Shown here piece by piece: positions 28,275 to 54,430 of a DNA stretch of 64,000 bases. The stretch lies in assembly GCF_009914755.1 (NCBI RefSeq), contig NC_060926.1. One strand, 5' to 3'. Each line of letters starts with the position of its first letter. Within the stretch, counting starts at the first letter, position 1. Origin of the DNA: the human T2T-CHM13v2.0 reference genome, Homo sapiens. The notes below the pieces were generated by a model that was not told the DNA's origin, did not search any database, and saw only the letters and a program-made list of their open reading frames with translations. Position numbers and translations under genes: made by a program.

Positions 28275-28645
28275 TGTATTAGTTAAGATACAGTTTAGCT
28301 GTAAGTGAAGTAGGAAATTCTGGGCTAAAGCGACACTCTGAAGTATCATTCTACACTTCATCCTATGCTATGGTCATTCTGTAGTGATCTTATACTCATG
28401 CTATACTACATCCCAGTCAGTAAGAAGGGGAAAAAGAATAAAGTCATACCGCCTTTAAAAGTGTCTCTAAAAATGCTCATATTACTTCTGCTTACATTTC
28501 ACTGACCAGAACTTAATCACATGGCCACATCCAGCTGCAAGGGAAGCTGAGAAATTTTGTTACAGCTGGACATAAGCCAGCCAAAACTGAAATTCTATTA
28601 TTATTGAAGAAGGGGGGAATGGATTTGGGGCAATTAGCATTTTAT
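28275..28645. mobile_element. MLT1-type (MaLR) LTR remnant
   Basis: tgtattagtt start; acttctgct.acatt.cactg.ccagaactta.tcacatggccaca..cagctgcaaggga.gctg.gaaat motif. Confidence 0.65.
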
Positions 28646-29514
28646 CTTATGGGTGCATGCTAGCTAGTTTAGGTAATCCCCCATTGAACAAATATGTTGT
28701 ATTCCAAAAACTTAGTTATAAATAGGATCTTTGCAATCTGGTGTAAATAGTGGTTACATTCCCAGGTCTGTTCAAAAACCTATTTAGGGATAAAGTAGCT
28801 GAAACAGTGTTCATTTTTGAAAAAGCCAATAGAAAATTATTAAAAAGACACTTGAATCTTTTAAGCAAAAATAAAATATAAAATCCATATTTTCAAGTCT
28901 GGGCACAATGGCTCAGCACTTTGAGCCATAATTCCAGCACTTTGGGAGGCTGAGGTGGGAGGATTACTTGAGGCCAGAATCCAAGATCAGCCTAGGCAAC
29001 ATAGCAAGACTTCATCTCTATAAGAAATACAAAAATTCCATTTTTTCGACTCTCTGCTAGACACCACCACCATCATTCAGAATGGATCAGACTGGACTAA
29101 CTCATCATTTTTACCTCTCCTTTGTTTTTTCCTTCTTCCAGTTCTCTGGAACCCTTGTCCCTGGATAGCCCCTATATCAGTAAAAATCATATGATTTTCT
29201 ATCATTTCCAGGCTACAAAGTTTCAAATCACCTGTGATTCTTTTCTTTCCACCTCTCTTCCAACCCAGACAGATGGACATATACTCATACCCTCTGATCA
29301 GTGGCCAGCTCCTGTGGATTTCCTTCTCAGGTCCTCTGTAGGCACAATCATCTTCCTCATAGACTACAAAGTCTGACTACCTTGGAACATGTGCTGAGAA
29401 TCTCCTGTGTACTATGCATTGTGCTAGGCTGGGGATACAGAGATTGGAGAGAGGGGCAGGGATTAGGTCTTTCCCTCAAAGAACTCACAATCCGTTAGGG
29501 AAGATACAATGGTA

Positions 29515-31750
<2,236 letters not shown>

Positions 31751-31858
31751 AATGATTGGCTCTGGAACAGGCTCTTTTAATGCAGTGTGGGGAATGAAAT
31801 GATAGCAGTCTACATAGTGCGGACTCAGACAAGGATTCCCTAAGCAGGTGGGGCTTGA

Positions 31859-32353
<495 letters not shown>

Positions 32354-32569
32354 TGATCAGGCTGATCTTGAACTCTCAACCTCAGGTGACCCACCCGCCT
32401 CGGCCTCCCAAAGTGCTGGGATTACAGGCGTGAGCCACCGCGCCTGACCCCGTGTGCTTTTTAATTCTTTCTCTCTCGCTTTCTTTCTCCCTCTCCCTCT
32501 CCCACTCTGTCTTCCTTTCCTCCCCATCTTTCTCTGTGCACATAACACACACATGAACATTTTTTTTTC

Positions 32570-36700
<4,131 letters not shown>

Positions 36701-37279
36701 GTCAGGATCTGGAATATGATGTTTGAGGCAATCCATAGTGAGCGATGCTGGGGAGGTTGGCAGGGACCAGATTATAGATAGTTTTGTAATCCGTATGTAT
36801 TAAGCGGTATAGATTTTTTCCTGTACATGCCAGCAAGGTTGGGAAGAAAGGGCTTAAAGTAGAGAGAGATGGCATGGTTACATTTATGGTTTTCAAAGAT
36901 CATACCTAGGTACCAGCCTGGAGGAAGAGAGTCCAATTAAAAGCAGTAGTGGCAGCTTAGGTTTGAGATGTAAAGGCTCAAATAAGAACAGAGGTGATAG
37001 AATTGGATGGAGGTAAGGAGATTGAATGAGGAATTATTTAAAAGATAAAATAGAATCTGATGATTTATCCAATGTGTGTATGTGTTTGGGTAGAAGTGAG
37101 ATGTGGGGCTGGGGAATAAACAGGACGGACTCCTGGCTTTCTACAGTGCTAACTGGACAGATGGTGGTAGCATCAACTGACTCAAAGAATACAAAAGAAT
37201 GAGCAGAATTAAGTTCAGCTGTACAACCTAATCTATAGTACTTGGAGAAGAAAGTCCATTTTCTCTCATCTAAAAGAAG

Positions 37280-40725
<3,446 letters not shown>

Positions 40726-41439
40726 AAGTCATTATAGAGTGGCTATGGCTTCTCTTCAGTGGCCTTCAGGTGTCTGCAGTTGGAGAGTTAGACTTTCCCA
40801 GGCTTGTGGTTTTACCAAGGCAGGAACATGATATGAGAAAGAGGCAGGGGAATTGAGGGTTATAATTATATTGTTTAAGTTACATGGAGAGGGAAGTGCA
40901 GCCATGAGAGAGAAGAAATGAAAGATGGTGAAAAGAATGTGGACTCAATGGTAGAAAGATGGGCTGGAGACTGAGAACTAGAGGGAGCAAGCTGGAAAGA
41001 TAGGAGTTGGTGGTAAGAGAGAGGGTGTGGAAATTGAGATTATGGAGTTGGTGCCATTATTATAATGACAAGGTACAGGACATGACCGTGGGAGGGAGTG
41101 GCTGATGTAGGATAGAGGCCAAGATTATTGAAGAGGAGAAAGTCAAGGAATTTATATGCTTGGGTATGGGAGGGTCATATATGTGAACCCTACATGTACT
41201 CACTGGGTAAGGTTGTCAGAACCCAAAGATAATTTGGGTTAGAAATCTAGCTCCTCTTCTACTTCCTAGCTCTATACCTTAGTTTTCTTATGTGAAAAAT
41301 GAAGATATTAATAGTTTCTACATTGCAGGGCTATTGTGAGGACTAAATGAATTAATACACATAAAACACTTAGAATAGAGAGTGACATATAGTAAGTGCA
41401 CAATAAGCTTTTATTTTTATTTGCATATTTATGACTTAA

Positions 41440-43865
<2,426 letters not shown>

Positions 43866-44214
43866 CCAAGTGCCAAATTAGATGTCTCAAATTTAGCATT
43901 CCCAGACTAAAGACACTATCATCTTCTTGCACAAAAATCTTCCAGGATTCACTATCCTAAGTGAATTGGGTCACCAACCAGTCTCTCCCTGTAAAAGCTC
44001 AATGAGTAATCCTTGGCCGTTTCTCTATCTCTCCCTTGGCCACTTGAAATCCGGCTCATTGTACATAATAAACACTCTTGAAACTTCCTTGCATCGCTAT
44101 TTCTCCAAGCCACTCACCATCATCTCCACCTGGGGTTTCGAGCCTCCAACCTAGCTTCCTTCTAATACATTCATTACACTGTCTCCATGTAATCTTTCTA
44201 AAATGCAAATATTG

Positions 44215-46003
44215 GTCAGGCACAGTGGTTCACGCCTATAATCCCAGAACTTTGGGAAGCTGAGGCGGGCAGATTACTTAAGGTCAGGAGTTCCAGACAA
44301 GCCTGGCCAACATGGTGAAACCCCATCTCTAATAAAAATACAAAAACTAGCCAGGCGTGGTGGCACACGCCTGTAATCCCAGCTACTTGGGAGGCTGAGG
44401 CAGGAGAATCACTTGAACCGGAAGGTGGAGGTTGCAGTGAGCTGAGATTGTGCCACTGCACTCCAGTCTGGGCAGAGTGAGACTCTGTCTCAAAACACAA
44501 AAACAAACAAGAAAACAATAAAATGCAAATCTTACCATGCTGCTCCGTAGCTGTAAAAGCTTGAGCCTTCCCATGGCCATGAGAGTGGTTTTTATCTTTC
44601 CTGGCAGGCAATAGGCTCTGTGTGGGCTGAACAGTACCTAGCATTCCTTGAATTAGAATGCATTGATTTGGTGAATATTTAGGAGAAATATAAAAATCTA
44701 CCCTTTATTTTTTGGATACAGGATCTCACTATGTCACCCAGGGTAGAGTGCAGTGGAGCAGTCATAGCTCACTGTAGCCTCGACCTCGTGGGCTCAAGCC
44801 ATCCTCCTCCCTCAGCCTCCAGACTATGGGCGTGTGCCTAAAAATGTCTATTTGATGTAGCAACATGAGATAAATCTGGAGAAACAGGAGGGAATAGTTG
44901 TTCCGATCATTACTTTTACATTATTATAACTGAATACATTGTTATTTTGTAAATGATTACAGCCTGGAATTGAATAGGGGGAAACGGAAGCAGTTGTTAC
45001 AATCATTATCAATTTGAAAGTGAAGACTTCTTTTCTCTCTCTTTTTTTTTGAGACAGTCTCGCTCTGTCACCTAGACTGGAGTGCAGTGGCGTGGCGATT
45101 TCGGCTCACTGCAACCTCCACCTCCCGGGTTCAAGGAGTCTCCTGCCTCAGTCTCCCGAGTAGCTGGGACTACAGGCACACACCACCACACCCGGCTAAT
45201 TTTAGTATTTTTAGTAGAGACAAGGTTTCGCCATTTTGCCTAGCTTGGTCTCGAACTCTGACCTCGGGCGATCTGCCCGCCTCGGCCTCCCAAAGTGGGA
45301 TTATAGGTGTAAGCCACCGCGCTCGGCTGAAGATTTCCTTCAAACCTTTCGTTCTACCTTATCATTTTCTTTAAAGTTTTAAAAAATTGTTATTTATTTA
45401 TTATTTATTTTTTTAAGACGGAGTTTCACTCTTGTTGCCCGGAGTATAATGGCGCGATCTCGGCTCACAGCAACCTCCATCTCCCGAGTTCAAGCGATTC
45501 TCCTGCCTCAGCCTCTCGAGTAGCTGGGATTACAGGCGTGCGCCACACGCCTGGCTATTTTTTTTTTTTTTTTTTTTTTGAGACGAGTCTCGCTCTGTCG
45601 CCCAGGCTGGAGTGCAGGGGCGCGATCTCGGCTCACTGCAATCTCCGCCTCCCGGGTTCAACCAATTCTCTGCCTCAGCCTCCCGAGTGGCTGGGATTAC
45701 ATACAGGTGCCAACCACCAAGCCCGGCTAATTTTTTTGTATTTTTAGTAGAGACGAGGTTTCATCATCTTGGCCAGGCTGGTCTTGAACTCCTGACCTTA
45801 TGATCCACCCGCCTCGGCCTCCCAAAGTGCTAGGATTACAGGCGTGAGCCACCGCGCCCAGCCCACGGCTAATTTTTTTATTTTTAGTAGAGACGGGGGT
45901 TTCTACATGTTGGTCAGGCTGGTCTCGAACTCCGACCTCAGGGGATCCGCCCACTTCGGCCTCCCAAAGTGCTGTGATTACAGGCGTGAGCCACCGCGCC
46001 CGG
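44215..46003. mobile_element. Alu cluster immediately upstream of the WDR43 promoter
   Basis: Alus at 44215-44515(+), 44705-44840(-), 45030-46003(-, several, CpG-rich). Confidence 0.88.
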
Positions 46004-46079
46004 CCCCCCCCTTTTTTTTTTTTTTTTTTAAAGGAACAGGACTTGATCTTAATTCTACAATTACTTTCTCCCATACTCC

Positions 46080-46850
46080 CACTCCCGCCCAGAACAAGAT
46101 AGCGACAGGCCCTAGCGGGCCACCGTCCACAGGGCGGATCCGCCAGAAGCTCTCCTGCGACGCGAAGATCCACTCCCTGAGCCCCCGGCGCTCCCTCCGC
46201 CTCACTTCCTCCTCCAGGCTCCGCCCCGCGCCGGTGCGCCTGCGCACGGACGAACACGTGGCTGCAGCGGGGCCAGAGCAGCAATGGCGGCGGGCGGCGG
46301 CGGTAGCTGCGACCCCCTGGCCCCTGCTGGGGTCCCTTGCGCCTTCTCCCCGCACAGCCAGGCCTACTTCGCTTTGGCCTCTACCGACGGTCACTTACGA
46401 GTATGGGAGACGGCCAACAACCGGCTGCACCAGGAGTACGTGCCTTCCGCGCACCTCAGTGGTACCTGCACCTGTCTGGCCTGGGCGCCAGCGCGGCTGC
46501 AGGCCAAGGTAAAGCGAGCGGGACTGCGCGGGGCGGGCGCCTTCCCGGGCTCGGCTTCGGGCCTCCGGGCCGGGTGGCGCGTGGTCCGGCATCGCGCGTG
46601 GCTCTCAGCGGCCCGGGCCAGAAGGCTTGGAGGCGGCGTCGGCGCGTTCAGGGCCCAAGCCGCCAGCCCCGCGTGCGGCCTGCCGCGAGGGCAGTGAGGG
46701 AGGGCGCAGCTCGACCCGGCCGGCCTCGTATCCGAGCCCTGCCGGCTGGCCCAATGAGGCCTGGGCCCCACTGTTGACGGGCAGCCATGTTCGCCAAGTC
46801 CCCTGGTCCCCCTGGGGCGGCTTCCTTCTGCCGGGCCTTGGCTCATCAGA
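46080..46850. promoter_or_regulatory. CpG island / WDR43 promoter
   Basis: High CpG density; ETS-like CACTTCCT 46203-46210, GC box CCGCCC 46221-46226, NRF1 TGCGCCTGCGCA 46235-46246, E-box CACGTG 46255-46260, YY1-like AATGGCGGC over the ATG. Confidence 0.88.
46284..46508 (+). CDS. WDR43: WD repeat-containing protein 43 (UTP5, SSU processome), exon 1 coding part
   Basis: ORF 46284 [43 protein letters not shown]...; WD40 signature; donor AAG|gtaaag; 225 nt. Confidence 0.96.
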
Positions 46851-47799
46851 GTTCTGGTTTTTGACAGAGCCCCATCTTGGGACTATCTAACTTTCCTCTG
46901 TCTGTGATCCGGCTCATCAGTTTTGCACTGGGCAGTTGGTATGGACTAGTCTGTACTTGCTTCCGGACCTTCCCCCTCCTGCCCCCCCTTTGGGTGCCGG
47001 CTCACCACGTGTTCTCGTCCCCGTCCAGGTTGTGGGACTCTCAACTCTTAACTTTTGCCTTTCCCAGGCACCTCTACATTCTCAGCTTTTTGAACTCACT
47101 GCTTTTTGATTTTAACATCTGCTCGCCCCTCCCGCCCCGCTTTCAAGCCGATCACACTGCTCCCCACCCACCCCAATCTGAAGTCTGTATTAGGATGTGG
47201 AGGTTAAGTGAAGTAGTAGCTTGATTTAGTGAATGTTTTATGAGTGCAGATGAAATTACCCTTAGATGGAAAACTGCCGAGTTAGGCAGAGCTTTTCATT
47301 GTTAGGGACCCGTGTCAGGTAAATGCCTTTCACTGTTGAGTCACTCAGCTACATCTCTCTAACTCAGCATGCACGTGGTTATTGCGTTTACAGAGTAGCC
47401 AAACCGAATCACTGCAAAGTGATTTGGAAACATCAGGTATCCTGAGGTGTGTGATGTGAGCTGTTTCAATGTGGAGAACTGTAAAAGCTATTTAGGATCT
47501 TACTCTCTCTGACGACCTGGGAAGCCTGCTAAATTTTTGGGTTGGGAAAAGGGATACATATAAGTTGCTATACTTTGGGCATGTTTAGATATTTTTCAAA
47601 TTTTAAGCTACATTTTCATAGTTTATCCTGTTGATTCATAAAATAAACCTATCAGGGCTTATAAGTCAAACATAAAACTAAAAAAAAAATCAGTTTTTAT
47701 TGTTAAAATTACAGCGCTCTGCTTATCTTTTATTTTCAAAGTTTTCTGTGGTTGTATTTTAACAGTCCTGTAAAGTGATAGTAATACTAATGCTGAGAG

Positions 47800-48030
47800 A
47801 AATACGGAGCAGTGGTTAGGTAGGTGCGTGGACCCAAGCTGGCTATATTGTCTATATTTGATTCTAGCCTCTGCTTCATAGTGGTAATTGCCCCTCTGGT
47901 TCCTCATTTATGAAATGAGGATAATAATATCTTCTTCATAGAGTGGTTGTGAAGGTTAATATATTTAATAATGCAGAGAACACTTAGAATAGTTCTTGAC
48001 AGGTAAGTGCTTTAAGTGTTAAGTATTATT
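47800..48030 (+). mobile_element. MIR SINE
   Basis: gcagtggttag...ttcctcatttatgaaatgaggataata...gttgtgaaggttaa...cttagaatag. Confidence 0.7.
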
Positions 48031-51000
48031 AATATCTGATATTTGTGTGGTTAGTCCTGAAGTGTTGATAAGGAACTTTCTGCCTTGTTTCGGGGAAAGA
48101 AACAGAAACTCTGGGAAACTAAGCAACTTGAATAAAGTAAAAAATGGAACCAGGATTAGAACTCAGGTCCTTAAGAGCTCAGTTCTTGGTTATCTGCAAC
48201 AGATAGTTAATATTAGGTTGGAAAAAATGTCACCCACTTTGCTTTTCTGTTGAGTTTCAGTTGCATTGTATGCCCAAGAGAAATTTCCTAATCTCATATT
48301 AAAAGTCATAGTTTTGGATTATGTGCAACACTATGGTAAACTAGAAAAATAACTGGATTTGGTTTCATAGCCCAGACTCAAAACTTACTTTGTCATATTG
48401 AGCAAGTTGTTTTAATTTTGAGGACCTCATTGACAAACGAGAGTTGAGCTACATTAAACAAAATTTTTTTCTAGGTTTCAGCATCGTTTTATCTGCACTG
48501 TCTCCTTTTAACCACATGACTATGGAATCCCCTGAAATTAATTGCATTTTAAAAAAACTGATTGAAAATCAGAGCTAAGAAAGGTAAATGACTTGACTCA
48601 AGCCTTAATAACCAATAAAGGAGTGTGGCCTCTAGAGTCATGGTGCCCCGAACTCCTGGTCAAGTGCCCCGATTTTGTTACTCTCAATCTTGAGTCACAG
48701 AACTGAGAGAGCTGGAAGGAATGTAGAGACATTCCCTACTTTGAGGGTGTGTCCTCTTGGAGCATCAGTTTGACTTATAAACTAAGGAGAGACAGTTTTC
48801 TTGTATTAAAACAAACTTGCACATATATTATGGTATAAAATTAAAAAGTCATATGTACTGTAACAAGATATCTTAGAAAAAAAAGGCACATGTTAAGGTG
48901 CTCTCATCTTATTAAACCCTTCCTTTTATTTTACATCTTTGAGGCTTAGTGTATGAGGCATGAAAAGGATGTTGCTCTGAACCCACTTTCCAGCATTTTG
49001 TTAAGGTCCTGCTATATGATGACATATAGTACTCTCAAATTTGAAATAGAGGTATCATCACCCACCTTTTAGGATCCTCAGGATCAAATTAGGCAATGTA
49101 TGTGACTGGTGTAGTATGGCCTAGTATGTAATAAGTGGCTTAATAAATGTTATTATTGAGTGAATCTGGACTCGTTTTACCATTTAATTTGGCATTTAAT
49201 ATGGTAAATCAATTTGTAAGAAAAGTATTCTATGTTTGGTTTAGTAATTGGCAGTTTGCTACGCAAGGACAAAGTGTGGTGATGATAACTCATCAATGGA
49301 GAAAGATTAGTTAGTGCTGGGTTTCTTGGGTAACGGGTTAAGTTTGTGGTTCACAGGTGTTTAGAAAAATTAGATTGTCACCTCTTGTTGGTCACAGAAT
49401 GATTACAATACTTTGCATTCGTGCCACAATAGTTTTTAGAGGGTTTTTGTACGTTATGTAGCTGAGCATTCCATTTGGTCTTTGGAGCCTGGGGGAAGAG
49501 GACCTTTAATGAGGACAAGAAGATAGGAAAGTGCAAAAATACAAATGGAGGGACTCTATCTAGATGGATGCTGTTTTTAAGAGTTCCTCAAGTTTATGTG
49601 TGTAAACTGAGGCAGAAATGTTAATTATATTCTCTACCAAAGCCACATAGTAAAGTGACTGAGCCACCTAGGAACTGATGCTGCTATTTGATTGTCTTCA
49701 AACTTTTGAAAGTCTTCCGACTTTTCTGCTTTTCCTTCTCTAACAGACCTTGTCTGCTATTGGCTATCACAGTAAATGTGTTTATACTGCTTTGCTGTCA
49801 CTGCAATTAAGATGACCCTATACAGCTTAGTACTTGTTGAATGAAGCACATGGCATTTCAGACATTGGACAGGGTGTCTGAGTTGGGTATCTGCATTACC
49901 ATCCCTTAGAGATGTAGGGCAGTTCACATGTGCTGTGCAGTGGTCTGTCTTGAGGTCTTGCTAACAGTTAAACTTCCTAAGAAGTAAAGGTTGCAGATAG
50001 ATCTGATTGGCAGAAATAGAAGTTTCTGTGTATTAGGACTTAATTGATTTGTTATAAATACTGTATGTGATTTTTTGTAAAATGAATACATTTTGTTCAC
50101 TGTTATCTGTGAAACACACATGCAGTGGCAGTGAGATAGATGAAGAAATGGATTAGGAGACTAATTGCAGAATGAAACTTGAAACTTGGCATACTTTTTG
50201 GTGTCTAGAGTTCAGTATTTCTCAGAGCAGATTTTGATCCATTAGTGGATTATGTAATAAACTTAGTGGATTGTAACATTAAAAAAAAAACAAAATAGAA
50301 TGGAAAGTATCAGAGTACTACTAGCCGTGGGAAGTTTCTCTGTGAAGCTTGTTTCTATATGTGTATTTTTATGAGAGTGTAGTGACTGCATGTAAAACTC
50401 CTCTTTTTCTGGGATTTTAGTCTAAAAAGTCATTACTTTAATTGCTGTACAAATTCAGACTTCTCATCACCTGAATGTGCTTTTTTCTGTCTTCATCCCA
50501 TCTGTACAACTCCTTGCTTTTATAAATTATGCACATGTGCCATTCAGATTCTCCCTCAGCCTTCTGATTGTTTCTGGATCAAATGCTGATGATGGATCAA
50601 ATGCTGATAAGCTTTTCTCATAAGACAGGTTTCAGTATTCGTTGCTTAACTCAGTTTGCCCTTCATGGTGGAAAAGACTCCTTAGTCCGAGAAATCACCT
50701 CCTTGGGGTATTCACTTCTGATGCCTTCAGGAATTGAGATTTTCCAGTTACAAATATATAAACTAAATTTTTTAGCCTACCTTTTTATTACTTAATATAT
50801 TTATCTGTATAATCTGTGCTGGGCACTTAAGAGGAAACACAACTGACTGTGACTAAAGTGTAAAAGAAGAAATACATTTCATATTTGCCGTGTCTAATGC
50901 AGGGTATGACATGTGTCTTAAGGGAAAGAAGTTTCCGTGGAGGAGGTGGTATTTGAGGTGGGCCTTAAAGCATGGATAGGATTTTTAACCAATGAAAATT

Positions 51001-51774
51001 GAGGTGAGTAGGAAAGGTCCCCTTCCAAGTGAAGGAAAAGCAAAAGCAAAATAGGAAAATGGGTGTATAGGGAGTGTTAACCTAAGGATGGAATTGGAGA
51101 TAAGACTAGAGAAGGTGGGTTGAAGGCAAATTGTGGATGCTTTTAAATGCCATAGAACTGTTTATATTGATTTATTCTCTGGAGAGTCATTGAAGTTTTT
51201 TTGATCACAGGAATAACATGTTTAGATAGTAAATGCCAACAGAAGTTTCTCATCTATAATCAGTAGCACTAAACTCTTGGTTTGAAAAATATTTAGTATG
51301 GGTAATACTTGGAGTATCAGTTTTCATTAAAATGTACATTGGTTATATACACTTCTGGTCTGATGTGTTACCTTTTTAAATATGCTTATCCTGCTGAATA
51401 AAGACCATCCAACCTGAAAAATAAATGAGTCCTGAGTTCTTTAAGTTCAATAAATTGGAGTAATATTTAGGTTTAGACCAGTTATCCTTAAAGTTGGTCA
51501 TAAATGCTGTAGATATTCCTTCCGCCTGCCCCTGCTTGCTTCTACCAAAAAATACAGAGATTTGCAGATGCAGAAATTAAGGCTTTGACTATGTTATGCT
51601 TGACATAGGCTATGTAAATTTCTAAAATTTCTTTGTGCTTTTTAATGGAAATTCAAATTGACAATAAAGCATACGCATATTTGGACCTGTCTTTGTTTCA
51701 CACATCGAGAAACTTCCATTTAGATAGTTTTTATTTGGGAAAACCAAGAGTAGAAGAAAGATTTCGTGGAATCT

Positions 51775-52066
<292 letters not shown>

Positions 52067-53570
52067 TTCTTGGAATCTTTTTAAAAAGATGAATCTTTTC
52101 CTGCTGAGATGGTACTAGGTTAATGTACTTCCCCCAACTCTCCTTGCCTGAAATAGGTGTTTGTATTTATAACCTTATACAGAAATTATTTTTGCCCCTG
52201 GAATCATTCAAAGGTAGCTTTAGAAATTCATGTAACTGAAACGGGGACCTAGAACACTCCTAAAATTGAGGTTTCAATGTTTCAACAAGTTAAATGAGAC
52301 CATCAGACTTTGTACTTTGGCTTTTAATTGTAACTTCTCTTTTGTGTTTATTAGTACATTTCTAAGGACTTGCAAGATATATTTCTAAGGACTTGCAAGA
52401 TGTGTATTTTTTTTTCTGTAAGTAGGTTACCTTTTTTTGTTAGACTGCATTTCATCTGTGTCCAATGAATCAAATTCTTTAAATGTAAAATCCCCCTAGG
52501 ATAACTAAAAGAAAAAAATGGAAAGTGCTTTTTAAGTCTACTCCCTGACACTCTTTATGCACTGGTAACGTTGTGGTTGTCATTGGTTTTTCTTGAATTA
52601 AGACAGATTTTTAGGTGTCTTGGGCTGTGTGCATGCCCATGCGTGCTGTAGAGCTAAGATCCTGCACTATTAAGAAGATATTCTCTTTTCTATGGTATTG
52701 GCTTGTTTTACAGTGAAAGAATGGATTTCTCAGAACTTTATGCTAAAAACATATAGGCTGGTGAGCCGTAATTTAAAAAAACACGGAAGAGAAGTTCTGA
52801 AATCATAATAAATACTCAGCATTATAAACTGATGTAGTGCTTTTAAGTTAGGGTCATTGTCTTTTTGTTGGGAAGACATGAGCTGTTAACATCACTTTTG
52901 AAATGAAAGAAGTCTTGTGGCATTTGCCACTTGAGTGAGACTTTTGTCTCTGAAGTCACTGAATCACTGAGCCAGCCCTTGACCAGTCAGTGGGGCAACT
53001 TCTCTCTTGTGTGCTCTGAGCTGCTCTACTAGTTAAAGCTATTTGTTGACTCAAATTGAAGTTAATGCACGTTTATAAAGGTAAAAACTTTTGAGGCTCT
53101 TTTCTTGACAACTAAGCTAGAATTTGTGGAAAAATTAGGAGAGGAAAAGGAGAGTTGGCTGCTTAGATATGGACTTACGGATTCATAGATTTTTGGGTAT
53201 GAATCTCTTTGGTTGGGGAGTGAAGGCTTCGCTTAGGTTGGACCTGTCAGGAGGGGCGGCCTGTTTCTGAGAAGTGGAAACAGCATTGAGGCTTCTTGGA
53301 CCTGTTAGGAGAGTACCAAGAACATACTAGGTTTTCCTATTTGCTGCCTTTTTTCCATAGGGGTGGGAGACGGGGGACATAGAATTACGAGTTTCTCTTC
53401 CCATTGGAGGGATTTCTTTTTGAAGTAGTGAGAAGTAAATCACCCAATAGCTTCTCTCTTCCCCCCTTTTAAAATGTCTTTTGTGGGCTGGTGGGCATTT
53501 GTATTTGTTCATTAACGATGTTTTAGTATTTGCAATACTAAATAAAAACATTGTTTTTCTTTTTTTCCAG

Positions 53571-53708
53571 GAAAGTCCCCAGAGGAAAAAAAGGAAATCA
53601 GAAGCTGTAGGAATGAGTAACCAGACTGACTTATTGGCTCTTGGCACAGCAGTTGGTAGCATTTTATTATACAGCACAGTAAAAGGAGAGTTACACAGTA
53701 AATTAATA
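53571..53708 (+). CDS. WDR43: WDR43 exon 2 ([14 protein letters not shown]...GELHSKLI)
   Basis: ttttttccag| acceptor, |gtaagt donor; 138 nt, phase 0-0; basic NLS-like RKKRK. Confidence 0.96.
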
Positions 53709-53949
53709 GTAAGTGTGTGTATATTTTATTTAAAAGTGATGTGACAGGGAAGCTGATTATTAGAGATTATTAAAAAAAAAACACTTCAAGGTATGTGATG
53801 GGATCTGTGCAGTAGGGACAGTTTTCAGTCTCATCTACGTTTAAATAACTGAATAGTAATATTTGATAAAAGCTATAATAGTTAACAGCAGTCCTTATTA
53901 TGGGTCAGAGTATGAAGACTTATTGACTAGGTTTAAAATAAGGAAGGGT

Positions 53950-54430
53950 TACAGGAACTCTAAGGAATCATAGATAGCAGCTGTGGAAAGCAGCTCCCCA
54001 CCTCTTGACCTAGGGGAATAAAGGAGGCAGTTGAAATTACTGCTAACACTGAGATCTTTTAGGGGCAAGTGTTGTGCTGCTGTTGCTGTCTCTTGAAGAG
54101 TGGCCCCATGGGCATGGGATCGAGACTTCAAACTGAGAAGGAGGCTCCAGCTGCCTGGTGCTAGTGTCTCTGATGGAGATGATGAGATTGGTTCTCCTAG
54201 GGTTGGATAAATTGGATATTGGGTTCAGCTGCTGCTGTTGGGCATTACCACTGTTGGGGTGATGCAGATAAAGAGACAGGAAGGAACAAGTCCCTTCTCT
54301 CTCCATCCTTGTCTCCCTCTAGCAGTTGCTATTGGTAGAACCTATGGATCGAGCTGGGAAATCAGAAATCAGGTTGCTGAGTCCCAGCATCACAGCAGAA
54401 TATAAAGGATGGTTTGGCATTGGAAGACAG
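53950..54430. mobile_element. Possible old ERVL-type LTR remnant
   Basis: Composition and motifs (ccctctagcagt.gctattggtagaacct, cccagcatcacagcaga) resemble old ERVL LTRs; family unresolved. Confidence 0.35.

Noticed and set aside
45727-46890. Long overlapping ORFs around WDR43 exon 1 (222, 185, 151, 146 aa) and the 137-aa read-through
   Set aside because: Stop-poor GC-rich island plus Alu sequence; many start at non-ATG codons. The real frame splices at 46508.
49010-49470. C-box-like ATGATGA (~49016) and GTGATGA (~49277) plus CTGA (~49462) as possible C/D snoRNAs, since WDR43 is a known snoRNA host
   Set aside because: No suitable C-to-D spacing or terminal stem, and no match to SNORD92/SNORD53 as I recall them; those lie in later introns beyond this window.
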